Below, piece by piece: positions 1-10,371 of a stretch of 64,000 nt of DNA. The notes beneath the pieces were generated by a model that was not told the origin of the DNA, ran no database searches, and worked only from the letters and a program-made list of their open reading frames with translations. The stretch's first letter is position 1. Each line of letters begins with the position of its first letter. Position numbers and translations under genes: made by a program. Source of the stretch: Gammaproteobacteria bacterium (GTDB lineage Bacteria; Pseudomonadota; Gammaproteobacteria; Arenicellales; Poriferihabitantaceae); the NCBI GenBank assembly GCA_026709505.1, contig JAPOSW010000094.1, positions 9,657-73,656 on the forward strand, read 5' to 3'.

Positions 1-913
1 GGGTTCCCTCGGTCACCCGGGTCATGCCGGCATCCACGGTTGATGAAGCTGGCGCATGATTAAAATCCGAAGATACCAATGGTTCATCGGTGTAATCCAG
101 AATCTTGCCGTCAGCGGCATCTTTCAAAATCCCATTAATCTCTTCGACTGTTGTAGCGCGTGATGCAGCAAACGTCAAATCAACCACGGATACATTAATT
201 GTTGGCACCCGAATCGAAAACCCGTCCAGCTTGCCATTCAGCTCAGGCAGGACTAGGCCGACCGCAGCGGCCGCACCGGTTTTGGTGGGTATCATGGAAC
301 TGGTTGCCGATCGCGCCCTTCTTAAATCACTGTGATAGACGTCATTCAGGACCTGATCGTTGGTATAGGCATGAATGGTATTCATAAGACCATGAACGAT
401 GCCGACGGTATCGTTCAGTACTTTGGCCAGCGGCGCCAGGCAGTTAGTCGTACACGATGCATTGGAAATGATCGTATCGGATGGTTTCAACTGTTGGTGA
501 TTGACTCCGTATACCACTGTCGCATCGATGTCACTCCCGCCCGGAGCGGAAATGATGACTTTTCTGGACCCCGCTTCCAGATGGGCCTGGGCTTTTTCCC
601 TGCTGGTAAACAGGCCGGTACATTCATAAACCACATCAACACCCAGCTCGCGCCACGGGAGCCTCGTTGGGTCACGCTCGGAAAGCACTCGAATCCTGTC
701 GCCATTGATACACAAATCATCTCCATCCTTTTCAACCGTGCCTGCAAATCGACCGTGCGTCGTATCGTATCGGGTCAAGTGGGCGTTGACGTCAACACTG
801 CCCAGATCATTGATGGCGACAATCTTGATATCCTGATTGCCCGATTCATACCTGGCTCGAAGAATATTTCGGCCGATTCTTCCATAACCGTTTATCGCGG
901 CGTTAATGGTCAT
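1..913 (-). CDS. gap: Type I glyceraldehyde-3-phosphate dehydrogenase (3' end runs off the window)
   Basis: Manual translation from ATG at 913 gives [16 protein letters not shown] and the active-site motif [12 protein letters not shown]. An AGGAG-like RBS (CGGAG) lies upstream. Absent from the ORF track because it is truncated by the window edge. Confidence 0.96.
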   Translation of the reverse strand, partial: MTINAAINGYGRIGRNILRARYESGNQDIKIVAINDLGSVDVNAHLTRYDTTHGRFAGTVEKDGDDLCINGDRIRVLSERDPTRLPWRELGVDVVYECTGLFTSREKAQAHLEAGSRKVIISAPGGSDIDATVVYGVNHQQLKPSDTIISNASCTTNCLAPLAKVLNDTVGIVHGLMNTIHAYTNDQVLNDVYHSDLRRARSATSSMIPTKTGAAAAVGLVLPELNGKLDGFSIRVPTINVSVVDLTFAASRATTVEEINGILKDAADGKILDYTDEPLVSSDFNHAPASSTVDAGMTRVTEGT

Positions 914-1034
914 TGTTTACTCCGTATTAAAAAAGGGGAGTTGTTCCCGTGAATTGCTGCAATGGCATGCAGACTTGATTTCTATCTGCCTCAAGCCAAT
1001 TTGGCATCAGTTTGGACTTATCATGCTTACGACA

Positions 1035-3044
1035 CTATTTCTGGCGGTTTGCCATCTGCCGCCTGACTGCCTGGACAACAGTATCTACCGTCATTCCGAA
1101 ATGCTCAAAAACATCATTGCCTGGCGCCGACTCGCCAAATGTTTCAATGCCGACCACTGCTCCATCCAGCCCGACATATTCAGTCCATAAAGCCCCGACT
1201 CCGGCCTCCACTGCCACTCTGCGTCTTACCGACGATGGCAGCACGGATTCCCGGTATTCAGCGCCTTGCTCCGAAAACCGATCAGTCGATGGCATCGAGA
1301 CAACCCTCACCTTGATATCGGTCAATTCCCGAGCTGCGCTCATGGCGAGATCGACTTCTGAACCGGTCGCTATCACTATCACATCCGGTTCTCCCACGCA
1401 GTCACGGAGAATGTATCCGCCTTTCCTGATCAGAGATAACTGCTCGGATGTGCGTGCTTGATGCGGCACGGGTTGCCGCGAGAAGATTAGGCTGAACGGA
1501 CATTCCGTTGACTCGCAAGCCTGTTGCCAGGCAACCATTGATTCAACTGCATCGCAAGGTCGCCAGACCGACATTCCAGGCATTAGACGAAGGGTTGCCG
1601 TCTGCTCGATGGCCTGATGCGTCGGTCCATCCTCTCCCAAGCCAATCGAATCATGGGTAAACACGAAAATCGATGGCTGCTTCATCAATGCCGCCATGCG
1701 AAGCGCATTGCGGGCATATTCCGAAAACATCAGAAATGTTCCGCCATAGGGCTTGAATCCACCATACAGCGCGAAGCCGTTCATCACCGCAGCCATGCCG
1801 AACTCGCGAACGCCATAATAGATGTAGTTGCCCCCCCAATCCGAAGGCGTAACTGTCTGCGACCCTGACCATCGAGTGAGGTTTGATCCGGTCAGGTCGG
1901 CAGAACCCCCGATCAGTTCCGGAAGAATCGGGCCGATCGCTTCTAACGCAAGCAGCGACGCCTTTCTTGTTGCGACAGTTTCGGCCCTGCGATCAGCTTC
2001 ATCGAGCATGGATTCACACAGTGAAAGCCAGTTACCAGGCAGCCTCTTGTTCTGACGGCGCATGAATTCTTCGGCAAGGTCCGGGTGAACCTGTCGATAT
2101 CCGGAAAATTTTGCCTCCCAGTCACTCTCTGCCTGCCGGCCTTTTTCACAGCCATTCCAGGCATCGTAGATTGACTCGGGAACCTCAAACGGCAGATGCT
2201 TCCATCCAAGCTTGGCTCGGGCAAGCTCGACCTCCTGCTCGCCCAGCGGGGCACCATGGCTGGACTCCTTGCCCGACTTGTTGGGAGACCCGAATCCAAT
2301 GACGGTCTTGCAGCAGATAAGAGATGGCCGTTGTTTTTCGTCCCTGGCTGCCTGAATGGCACTTGAAACAGCGTCTGGGTCGTGCCCATCAATATCCTTG
2401 ATGACATGCCAGCCATAACTGTTAAAGCGAGCGGGAGTATCATCCGTAAACCAGCCCTGAATCTCGCCATCAATCGAGATGCCATTGTCGTCGTAGATTG
2501 CGATCAACTTGCCGAGCCCAAGGGTTCCGGCAAGCGAACATCCCTCATGCGATATACCCTCCATCAGACAGCCATCACCCGTAAAGACATAGGTATAGTG
2601 GTCTACGATATCAAACCCCTTGCGGTTGAAGGTCGATGCCAGAATCCTCTCGGCAAGCGCCATGCCGACTGCATTGCAAATGCCCTGGCCAAGCGGTCCG
2701 GTCGTTGCCTCAACACCGGGCGTATAGCCATATTCGGGATGACCGGGTGTTTTCGAATGCAGTTGCCGAAAACACTTGATTTCTTCGATATCAAGGTCAT
2801 AGCCCGTCAAATGCAGCAGCGAATAAAGGAGCATTGAGCCATGGCCATTAGACAGCACAAAGCGGTCCCGGTTGACCCACTGGGGATTGCTGGGATTGTG
2901 AATGAAAAAGTCCGACCACAGTACCTCAGCGATATCGGCCATGCCCATGGGGGCGCCCGGATGACCGGAATTTGCACGTTGCACGGCATCCATGCTGAGT
3001 GCACGGATCGCATTAGCCTTGGCTCGGCGGGTAATTTCAGTCAT
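1035..3044 (-). CDS. tkt: Transketolase
   Basis: 669 aa; [27 protein letters not shown] (TPP binding), [15 protein letters not shown]. Confidence 0.98.
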   Translation of the reverse strand: MTEITRRAKANAIRALSMDAVQRANSGHPGAPMGMADIAEVLWSDFFIHNPSNPQWVNRDRFVLSNGHGSMLLYSLLHLTGYDLDIEEIKCFRQLHSKTPGHPEYGYTPGVEATTGPLGQGICNAVGMALAERILASTFNRKGFDIVDHYTYVFTGDGCLMEGISHEGCSLAGTLGLGKLIAIYDDNGISIDGEIQGWFTDDTPARFNSYGWHVIKDIDGHDPDAVSSAIQAARDEKQRPSLICCKTVIGFGSPNKSGKESSHGAPLGEQEVELARAKLGWKHLPFEVPESIYDAWNGCEKGRQAESDWEAKFSGYRQVHPDLAEEFMRRQNKRLPGNWLSLCESMLDEADRRAETVATRKASLLALEAIGPILPELIGGSADLTGSNLTRWSGSQTVTPSDWGGNYIYYGVREFGMAAVMNGFALYGGFKPYGGTFLMFSEYARNALRMAALMKQPSIFVFTHDSIGLGEDGPTHQAIEQTATLRLMPGMSVWRPCDAVESMVAWQQACESTECPFSLIFSRQPVPHQARTSEQLSLIRKGGYILRDCVGEPDVIVIATGSEVDLAMSAARELTDIKVRVVSMPSTDRFSEQGAEYRESVLPSSVRRRVAVEAGVGALWTEYVGLDGAVVGIETFGESAPGNDVFEHFGMTVDTVVQAVRRQMANRQK

Positions 3045-3810
3045 TAATTCATCTTTTGCAACAATGATCCATGTGTTGTATTAGACGAACATAGTCATTC
3101 GGATGAAAGCAATAAATTTGTACCAAGGCAAGATACAGGCAAATGGCTTATTCAAGGAGAATAAACAGACTGCGATTATAATCCGAATTGTCTTCTGAAG
3201 AAGATATCTTTTCAGACGGCCTCATTGCCAAAACTCCCCTTGTCCTCGACATCACCGTCGGCGCATCCTCTCCGGCCATGCCAGGCGATGGAACGTCGAA
3301 GACCGGTAAGGCAGTTCTCCAGTGACTGAACTCACGAAACAAGGCATTTCCACCCAGCACTTATAAAACCGCATGTCCCGAAATACCGTCATTTTCAGCC
3401 AGAGTCATTCTCATGGTCTCGCACATCAAGAGATTACTGCCTTAAAACAATTAGGCCGCATCAATACTGCGATGGCATCATGGCGAGCATAAGGAGCATC
3501 AATCGCGAGTCTGCCCGAAACATTTCATGTGCCTCCCTGTACCGAAAGAAGACGTTAATCGGTCGTTTTTTGTTCACAATCATGCGATTTCCAGATATTT
3601 TTGCCGCTGTCGCAAAAAGACATTGTTCGCTGTGATGCATCCAGTCACTTGCTTCAGGAAAGGTACTGATCATCCATCATAAAAAACCAAAAATCCCATA
3701 CCGAGTTTTGTGCTTGTGCACCGACTGTCCTTAATAAATCCACAGCTCCGAAAACCCATCCTTCAGGGCAGGGAACCGTCCCGACCATCGAGAGTTCAGA
3801 CTAGGGAGTA

Positions 3811-4293
3811 TTAGCCGCCATCCGTTAGGAAGCATTGACGATAAAAAGGGTTGGAATAGCTGTGGCCATCCCCCTGACCGTAAATCACAGTTGCATAGTA
3901 ATGGTTAGGCTTTAGATCTGTATAAATATTATAATACCACCAAGGAGGAGACCAATCGGTTAGCCCGTCTTGATGCTCAGTTGGAAGATCACCCAGTTTC
4001 CTCGCTACTATGACTTTATCACCCAATCGGGAGTCATTCGATATCAAGCCCACCATTACCGGTCCGGAGTAATCAGACTTTTTGAAGTCAATGACAACAA
4101 CCCTCGTTCTGGAAGTCAGCCCAGCCGTGACGACAATACACCCTGAGCAGGGTTTATAAGAGTTGTATATCGTACTGACTCCGTCTTGTGTTGAAGTGCA
4201 TGCCCCCGGCCCAAGCAGCCACGCTCCGGCGGGGGGGACCAACGCCAGAACCAACATGGTGGCAAATGCCATGAGGATTAGGGGGCGTTTCAT
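3811..4293 (-). CDS. Secreted hypothetical protein, possible fibronectin-III-like fold
   Basis: Start reassigned to MKRPLILMAF..., a signal peptide ending AGA. Four Cys; YTDLKPNHYY resembles the FN3 (L/I)xxLxPxTxY motif. Confidence 0.6.
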   Translation of the reverse strand: MKRPLILMAFATMLVLALVPPAGAWLLGPGACTSTQDGVSTIYNSYKPCSGCIVVTAGLTSRTRVVVIDFKKSDYSGPVMVGLISNDSRLGDKVIVARKLGDLPTEHQDGLTDWSPPWWYYNIYTDLKPNHYYATVIYGQGDGHSYSNPFYRQCFLTDGG

Positions 4294-4515
4294 CAGTTGT
4301 ATCATGAGCTTGTACCTTAGTTTGAATGCATGACTCATTGTACCGGGTTTCGCAGGTGAAAGCAACATTCGCGGATTTTTTCAGGTTCACAAAAAGCCTT
4401 GTATGTATCCATACTGGTGAATCATCAATGAAGGGCGATTGACCTTGTGGCACACTGTTGGCTTATCGAGACCCATCAATCGATCAGACAGTCCGCTGAC
4501 CTGGTGGTTGCTGGA

Positions 4516-4923
4516 TTATTGATCGGCATACATTGGCTTGCCATCATTCAACCGCAACCAGCCTTTTATGATTCTGTAGAGAAACCAGATAGTTATTCCT
4601 ACCCCTGCAAGAATAACAATGCCTATGGCCAGCGGCACCGAAATAAAGGCTGTAACAAGGCAAAGCAGAGAGCCTGCGATAATCCACAGCAGGCCATGCC
4701 AAAACGTGCGGATTTGCCATGCAAAATGTGATTCAAGCCATGTCCCTCGTGCATCTGGTTTCTTGACATGATTGATGATCACAGCAATGACCAGAAGAAT
4801 AAACGGAACGAAAAAACTCAAAGCCTGCAACAGGTAAACGACATGGGCTACCTTGATTACAGATTTCTCCAGTCTGTCATCGGCTTGAAAAAAATCTTCG
4901 GGCATTGATAAATCTTCGATCAC
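4516..4923 (-). CDS. DUF4870-like small membrane protein
   Basis: About 4 hydrophobic segments; motifs GTWLESHFxWQIRTFW and WFLYRIIKGWLRL. Start uncertain. Confidence 0.8.
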   Translation of the reverse strand: MIEDLSMPEDFFQADDRLEKSVIKVAHVVYLLQALSFFVPFILLVIAVIINHVKKPDARGTWLESHFAWQIRTFWHGLLWIIAGSLLCLVTAFISVPLAIGIVILAGVGITIWFLYRIIKGWLRLNDGKPMYADQ

Positions 4924-5059
4924 CTATACTCATGAAAATACCTGATTGGGAAAATCAGTTCAAGAGAGAACTCTTCGTTGGAGCAATGTTCGGGATGCTG
5001 TACTTCTAGAGCCGGATTTGATGCAGGATTTGCCGAACTTCAGCATTATCTTTTACTTT

Positions 5060-5210
5060 GGGGCTTATATACTTAAGTAACAAAAAATGAAATTAATTGA
5101 AAAGAACCAGAATATTATGCTTTAATCGCTATCCATGAGCGAATCTTTTTCATGTTATTGATTACATGATATAAATCAAGAAACTTGTTACTTAAGATAT
5201 ATTAAGCCCC
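5060..5210. mobile_element. 151-bp MITE with IS1595-family (IS1016-like) ends
   Basis: Left end GGGGCTTATATACTTAAGTAACAA (5060-5083); right end 5185-5210 reverse-complements to GGGGCTTAATATATCTTAAGTAACAA. Flanked by the 8-bp direct repeat TTTACTTT (5052-5059, 5211-5218). AT-rich non-coding interior. Confidence 0.8.
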
Positions 5211-5258
5211 TTTACTTTTATCAAGCCAAATGGACAATGTACAAGTCATATGTCTTTA

Positions 5259-5427
5259 TACCTTTACATGGATACTGTTGACTCCGAGAGGTTTTCAGCC
5301 TCACTGTGGCGGTTTCCGGGCATTTCTTCCACAACAGAATACCAGTACGGGTACAAAATGCTGCCATTCCGTCTAGGCAGACATTCATCTAGTAATCCCC
5401 GAGTCAACAGTGTCCATATGAAAGGTA
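5259..5427. repeat. Imperfect ~27-bp inverted repeat pair (possible second MITE or long hairpin)
   Basis: TACCTTTACATGGATACTGTTGACTC (5259-5284) versus the reverse complement of 5401-5427, TACCTTTCATATGGACACTGTTGACTC. Confidence 0.65.
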
Positions 5428-5939
5428 CAGATATATATTTTTCGAATAATAACGGAATTCTGCGTGCGGCTATCCATATTTCCCCAAGTCTCGGTAAAAC
5501 TGGGGCATGAAATCATTTCCAAAAGCGGAACGAACGCAGTGACTGCTGCATACTCTTTCATGAGATTGTCATGGGCATCATTGCATACCGGTTTTTTCAG
5601 ACCATGAAGAACCATATAAAGAAACACTTGGCTATTCAATCCCGAAGAAGATTCTCCGCCTTCGACTGCATATCTGGCATCATCTATCTTGAAACGGAAC
5701 GCTCGATACCCTGTTGTCTGACTTCTTGTACGATAACCCCGATCCCAGTTGTCACTGTCTATCACCTTCCCGGATGCAGAAATCCTCCAGAGTAGGCTTG
5801 AACCCAGAACAAACAGTATCAAACCGGACGGGCATAAGGTCTCTTTCATGGAACCATACACCTGTTTGCACTTGGGACACCCTAGTCCCTCTGGCTGCAT
5901 TTGGTTGAAATGAAAGTTTTCACGAGCCGCGACAATCAT
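5385..5939 (-). pseudogene. Eroded, internally deleted IS1595-family transposase remnant
   Basis: PEGLGCPKC resembles the IS1595 Zn ribbon (WPxGxxCPxC). GKVIDSDNWDRGY..GYRAFRF..LHGLKK..LMKEY resembles the ISXO2 DDE C-terminal half. Adjacent to the IS1016-like MITE. Confidence 0.45.
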
Positions 5940-6364
5940 CGCCTTTCCGCGTAATCCGTCAGCGTCAAGATAGATGCACCATGCTCGGTCGCAGTGATGG
6001 CATTCGCGAATCGACTATCCGCTGTAAGCATGACCGCACCGATGCGATGGGCAAGTGCAAGATAGACGCAATCATATACCGGGTAGTCGAAAGCCAGCGC
6101 CAGATGAACAGCGTCTTCACCGACGGTCTCGTCATGGTTCCAGCGTATGGGCATATCGGACAGGACAGCCATGGCAGCGCTGGCAAAGGCATCCTCGATC
6201 TGACCCAACCGTGCCTTGCGCCACAGTGCATTGGCAACCTCGGAAACCATCAGCCGGGGAGCATCCAACTCCTGTCCGCTTTCCACCAGTTGCCGTGCGG
6301 CATCCGAGCCAGGTTCGTCGAACAGCAACTTGACTGCTACGCTCGCATCGACGACGAAACGCAT
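5936..6364 (-). CDS. vapC: VapC/PIN-domain toxin
   Basis: VVDASVAVK, EVANALW, YDCVYLALA, LTAD PIN motifs. Confidence 0.92.
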   Translation of the reverse strand: MRFVVDASVAVKLLFDEPGSDAARQLVESGQELDAPRLMVSEVANALWRKARLGQIEDAFASAAMAVLSDMPIRWNHDETVGEDAVHLALAFDYPVYDCVYLALAHRIGAVMLTADSRFANAITATEHGASILTLTDYAERR

Positions 6365-6630
6365 CAGAAACCTTTGCGATGACCGCGACCGCGATCCTCG
6401 CGGACCAGTACTTCCGCCGGAGTCTGTCTGCGGCCCCTGGTCATTTCCCGCAACCGGTCCGATGCCTCTAGGAACATAATACGTTTCACCGCCATATGAT
6501 CATGATCATTGGCGGCGCATTCCAGGATATGGCGGATTTCGCCCTCTAGGGAACGGTTGTTCGACGAGGCACGCTGCTTGAGGCGGTTCACCACATCGTC
6601 ATCCAGTTGCCGTACACTGATTGCCGCCAT
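6364..6630 (-). CDS. FitA-like ribbon-helix-helix antitoxin
   Basis: Start at ATG 6630 with GGAGG RBS; MAAISVRQLDDDVVNRLKQRA..NRSLEGEIRHIL; overlaps the toxin start. Confidence 0.88.
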   Translation of the reverse strand: MAAISVRQLDDDVVNRLKQRASSNNRSLEGEIRHILECAANDHDHMAVKRIMFLEASDRLREMTRGRRQTPAEVLVREDRGRGHRKGF

Positions 6631-6647
6631 CGACTTGCCTCCAACAT

Positions 6648-6655
6648 TGATAGCA
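6648..6655. promoter_or_regulatory. Putative FitA-type operator half-site (TGCTATCA on minus strand)
   Basis: Matches the TGCTATCA half-site described for Neisseria FitAB and lies 17 bp upstream of the antitoxin start. Confidence 0.45.
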
Positions 6656-6894
6656 TATTGTCGCGGCATACGCAAATCAACGCTGATGCTCACTTGTCCC
6701 ATGCTTGATCTCAGGCGGTACATCCCTGTACCGCTTATGTCAAGAATGCTGCAACGGACTTTTGACCCAGGAGAACAAGAAAAGAATGGTTGCCGATTTC
6801 GTAGATTTGTGAGCGAGAGGCGCTAGAATGCAATCAAGCTATGGGCAATAACCTTCAGCAGATATCATGTTCCTTGCTGCACTGCAGGTTCAAA

Positions 6895-7725
6895 TCAATC
6901 GGAGCGATACAGGTCACCCGAGGCCACCTCCAGATGACCATTAATCCAGCTCTGCCATTGGCTTAGTAGCTTGCTATTAATTGCAGCGACAATCGCGCGT
7001 TTGCGTAGTTTGCCGCAATCCAGAGGCTGACCGGAAAGAGATGTCGCCTGCCCGCCTGACTCCAGCAGGATCAGATAGCCTGCTGCAAAATCCCAGAGCT
7101 TCTGCCCACCATGAAGATACAACTGGAAACGGCCTGTTGCCAGCCAGCACCACTCGAGTACTGATGACCCAAGATTGCGCTGGGATCGATAAGGGGGACA
7201 ACGCACGAGCTGTGCAGCCAAGTCCTCGGTAAGCCGCTTGTAGTCAATATTGGCAACGCAATCGGATAAAGGAGTGCCAGCAAAACAACTTGACCGGCGA
7301 CCATTGAGATAAGCACCTTGCCCTCGAACAGCCGAGAAACACTCGCTCCGAATGGGGTCAAAGGTAACAGCCAGTTCGGGCTGCCCATCAATCACCAAAG
7401 CCAATGAAACCCCGTAAAACAGGAATCCACTGGCAAAATTTGTCGTGCCATCCAGTGGATCAAGCACCCAGTACCCTTCGCTTGCATGACGAATCACCGC
7501 ATCCTGTTCGTCGTAGTGCATTTCCTCACCGACGAATCCAAATTGGGGCCAACGTGCCTCCAATGCCTGCTTCAGCTTTCTCTGGATAGACACGTCAATT
7601 TGCGTAACTATGCTTCCATCATGCTTGATGGAAACTGCATTTTCAGGAATAGACCTGTCAAAGGCGGACCGCGATATCTGGACTACGAGGTCTGCGACTT
7701 CGCATCTATCTGGAAAGAAGCTCAT
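6895..7725 (-). CDS. Inositol monophosphatase family protein
   Basis: GEE, WVLDPLDGTTNF, WDFAAG motifs; likely start MSFFPD at 7725. Confidence 0.9.
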   Translation of the reverse strand: MSFFPDRCEVADLVVQISRSAFDRSIPENAVSIKHDGSIVTQIDVSIQRKLKQALEARWPQFGFVGEEMHYDEQDAVIRHASEGYWVLDPLDGTTNFASGFLFYGVSLALVIDGQPELAVTFDPIRSECFSAVRGQGAYLNGRRSSCFAGTPLSDCVANIDYKRLTEDLAAQLVRCPPYRSQRNLGSSVLEWCWLATGRFQLYLHGGQKLWDFAAGYLILLESGGQATSLSGQPLDCGKLRKRAIVAAINSKLLSQWQSWINGHLEVASGDLYRSD

Positions 7726-7835
7726 CTCGGCTTGGGTTTTGCTCACGAAGAGTGTGAAAGGTTCAACAAATATTCTCTGTATTCTATCCACCGGGATGAA
7801 TCATGAAAGATCCAATTCCCATGAATCATCGAATC

Positions 7836-10052
7836 CTACAGTTTCTCAACCATGCGCAGTATTGAACCGAGATGTCCTCGTGCATGAGGGTCTTCTTTCA
7901 ATTCAGTCTCAATTGACTGATGAACCTCCAGCAACAGATTGAGAATAACCGTTGAATCCGATGCGGTTTTCAGATTCTCCTCTCTAATCATCGGCACAAC
8001 GGCATTGCAGATGCGGGACATGTCCTCATGCTGGCCGGTTTCACATAATTTCGCCAGCTTGGTGAACTCCTCGCGAATTTTGACTGCAATCTCCCGGTCT
8101 GCAAAACCCGCCTGCCATTTCTCCAGTTCGGACCTGATCGCATTCAGTTGATCAGCGATCGGATCGCAATTCAGTTTTGATTGCTCTGCCTTGAGTGTTT
8201 CTTGCCGGACAAGATATTCTTCAATCAAGTGAAGAGCCTGATCAAACCTGAAATCCATATCTCGGACTGGATTTCCAGGATTGGGCATCTTAACCGCCCC
8301 TTCCCTGATTGAGTCGATAATCGGGGAGAGTTCCGCAGCGGATGTTCCAGCATGATCTCCTGAATCGGTCATCTGGCGCATCAGCGACCCTGTACGCCGG
8401 GTTATCTCCATCGCCGATGCATCTCCGGCAATGGCAAACAGGCATTCAGTTTTATCGACTGCTGACTGCACCTCTCCAAGCCGAGTATCGGTAACGCCTT
8501 TTCTGCCTATCTCTGCGAGAATATCGGTCACCGTCGACAAGCCTTTGCCGGCTTCAACAATTAATGCATTGCTGGACTCGGTGGATTCCGGGTCTGGCCA
8601 AGGGTGCATGAAATTGACATCAGAATCTAGAGGGTTGTTGCAGACTGCATCGCTCGCGATTGAATTCCCCTGTTGAATATCGCCCGAACGGGGCATGATG
8701 GCTGTAGTGCCCCCCGGTTTCTCCCTGTCACCAGCAATTCGCTGTCCTAAACAGTGGATTTTGTTGACGGTCAATGTATGAGGATCTTCGACAAAACTCC
8801 ACAGCATCATCCAGGCCGAAGCGATTTCTGCATCTTGCTGAGAATCAGGAAAGTCTCCTGTATTGATATCGACATTGACAATCGCTTCACACAGGCGAAC
8901 CACATAGGTTCTTAGTACGCTATGTGCATGCACTGACACGACCTTCTTTAACTCATCCAGCTTTGCGAACATTTCTGCGGTTTTTTTCGAGTCCAGCCCC
9001 CCAAGGAAAAACAAGGCAAGTGAATTTCTCAGGGAGTGGTAATTTCCTTTTCGGGCTAGTTGCGAAAGTTCTTCAGCCAACTGAATGGATTTTCGGCATT
9101 CCGCCTGCATCACTTGATCCGGGCTGTCGGCAAACCATTCCTCCAGCAGAAATCGTTCGCAAATCTTCCCGGTATGAGGACCAATATGCTGTGCAAGTAC
9201 ATGATTATCCTGATTCCTCCCATAGACTGCATCGCCAATCAGGAACAGCATTTTCTGAAGCAGACTCTCCGGCAACTCGATTCCTTCACCCGTGACGTCA
9301 CTGCGGCAAATTTGCCTGATCAGGAAGTCCACTTCGGCAAGCAATATCCTGGTTGTCTTTTCCACCCCGAATTTGTCTGATTCGTATTGAACGAGTTCGA
9401 CGAAGCTCGAAACAAGGCAAGCGAGCTGCGTGAGCGGATCTTCATCATCGGACTTGATGCGATCAAACAGCTCAGTCATGGCATCAAGCGATTTGGACTC
9501 TTGCTCCTTCAGGCAAACCGATAGGTTTTCTCGAAACAGAATGTGAAATGACTGGTCGATAACCCGGGATTTTTCGTTAGGCGCAATGCGAAACGAGGCA
9601 TTCGCAGATTCATCGAGGCAAGCATGTGGCCTGAAGAGATCCATTGGGGTTATTGCAGTGTTTCCCAAAAGTTTCTGAATGCGAATTATCGGTTCCGCCA
9701 TTCCCATCGGAGAGATCCGGATCCGGGCGGAAACCAGCGACACGTATTCAGCCAGTCGCGAGACGCCTTCACCGAAAGCCTCAAACTCTTGGGAAAAGCC
9801 TATTGCAGCAGGCTTTTGGATCAATGCTTTCGATAGTTGAGACAAGCTCGAACAAAGCAGCCCGGCTCCCTCCAGTCCACAGCTTTCCATTATGGATTCA
9901 AGTTTGCTGAAGCGAGGGGGCATGCTCTTCAGGCCATCAGCTTGCCGACTTAGCTGGACCTTCCTTGTTTCAATGAGCAGTTGCTGAACCTCATTATTCG
10001 CGCGTGGGCTGATGAGCATTCCGGAATTATGGGCTGGACCTAGACCGCTCAT
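7836..10052 (-). CDS. Divergent ChpA/FimL-like helical (pseudo-Hpt) protein
   Basis: 738-aa helical ORF downstream of pilG-like gene. CGLEGAGLL and WQAGFADREIAVKIREEFTKL resemble Hpt-repeat segments but lack the HxLKG His. No HATPase, CheW or REC domain seen. Confidence 0.55.
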   Translation of the reverse strand: MSGLGPAHNSGMLISPRANNEVQQLLIETRKVQLSRQADGLKSMPPRFSKLESIMESCGLEGAGLLCSSLSQLSKALIQKPAAIGFSQEFEAFGEGVSRLAEYVSLVSARIRISPMGMAEPIIRIQKLLGNTAITPMDLFRPHACLDESANASFRIAPNEKSRVIDQSFHILFRENLSVCLKEQESKSLDAMTELFDRIKSDDEDPLTQLACLVSSFVELVQYESDKFGVEKTTRILLAEVDFLIRQICRSDVTGEGIELPESLLQKMLFLIGDAVYGRNQDNHVLAQHIGPHTGKICERFLLEEWFADSPDQVMQAECRKSIQLAEELSQLARKGNYHSLRNSLALFFLGGLDSKKTAEMFAKLDELKKVVSVHAHSVLRTYVVRLCEAIVNVDINTGDFPDSQQDAEIASAWMMLWSFVEDPHTLTVNKIHCLGQRIAGDREKPGGTTAIMPRSGDIQQGNSIASDAVCNNPLDSDVNFMHPWPDPESTESSNALIVEAGKGLSTVTDILAEIGRKGVTDTRLGEVQSAVDKTECLFAIAGDASAMEITRRTGSLMRQMTDSGDHAGTSAAELSPIIDSIREGAVKMPNPGNPVRDMDFRFDQALHLIEEYLVRQETLKAEQSKLNCDPIADQLNAIRSELEKWQAGFADREIAVKIREEFTKLAKLCETGQHEDMSRICNAVVPMIREENLKTASDSTVILNLLLEVHQSIETELKEDPHARGHLGSILRMVEKL

Positions 10053-10371
10053 GGCAACAGGCTAGCGAATTGCTTCGCTTGAACATTCATCAATCTACCC
10101 AATTCGATGAGAGGGCTTAAGCTGGACGGACAGACGGGCCAGGAATCGGGAGGCGGAAGAGCTCGAGTGCACATTTTGGTTCCGAAGCGGTTTCGGTCCC
10201 GACTGCCAGGCAAATCAAGCATAGCAATCAGGCAGTGCAAGGCCTGTCGTTGCGACACTCGTTGGAATGGTCACCGGGTCAACCTGTTCAAAAAACGGTG
10301 CAATTTCCCAAAAACGGCTTGCCGCCGCACTCTAATTGCCAGGGGTTAACCGCTTTCGAGAAACAGCCCTA

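Noticed and set aside
332-952. 206-aa plus-strand ORF and similar long antisense ORFs (27547-28203, 47772-48455)
   Set aside because: Shadows of well-supported minus-strand genes (gap, pccB, maeA).
3148-3673. Two 70-aa ORFs upstream of tkt
   Set aside because: No recognisable motif or RBS; may be eroded coding DNA but cannot be supported.
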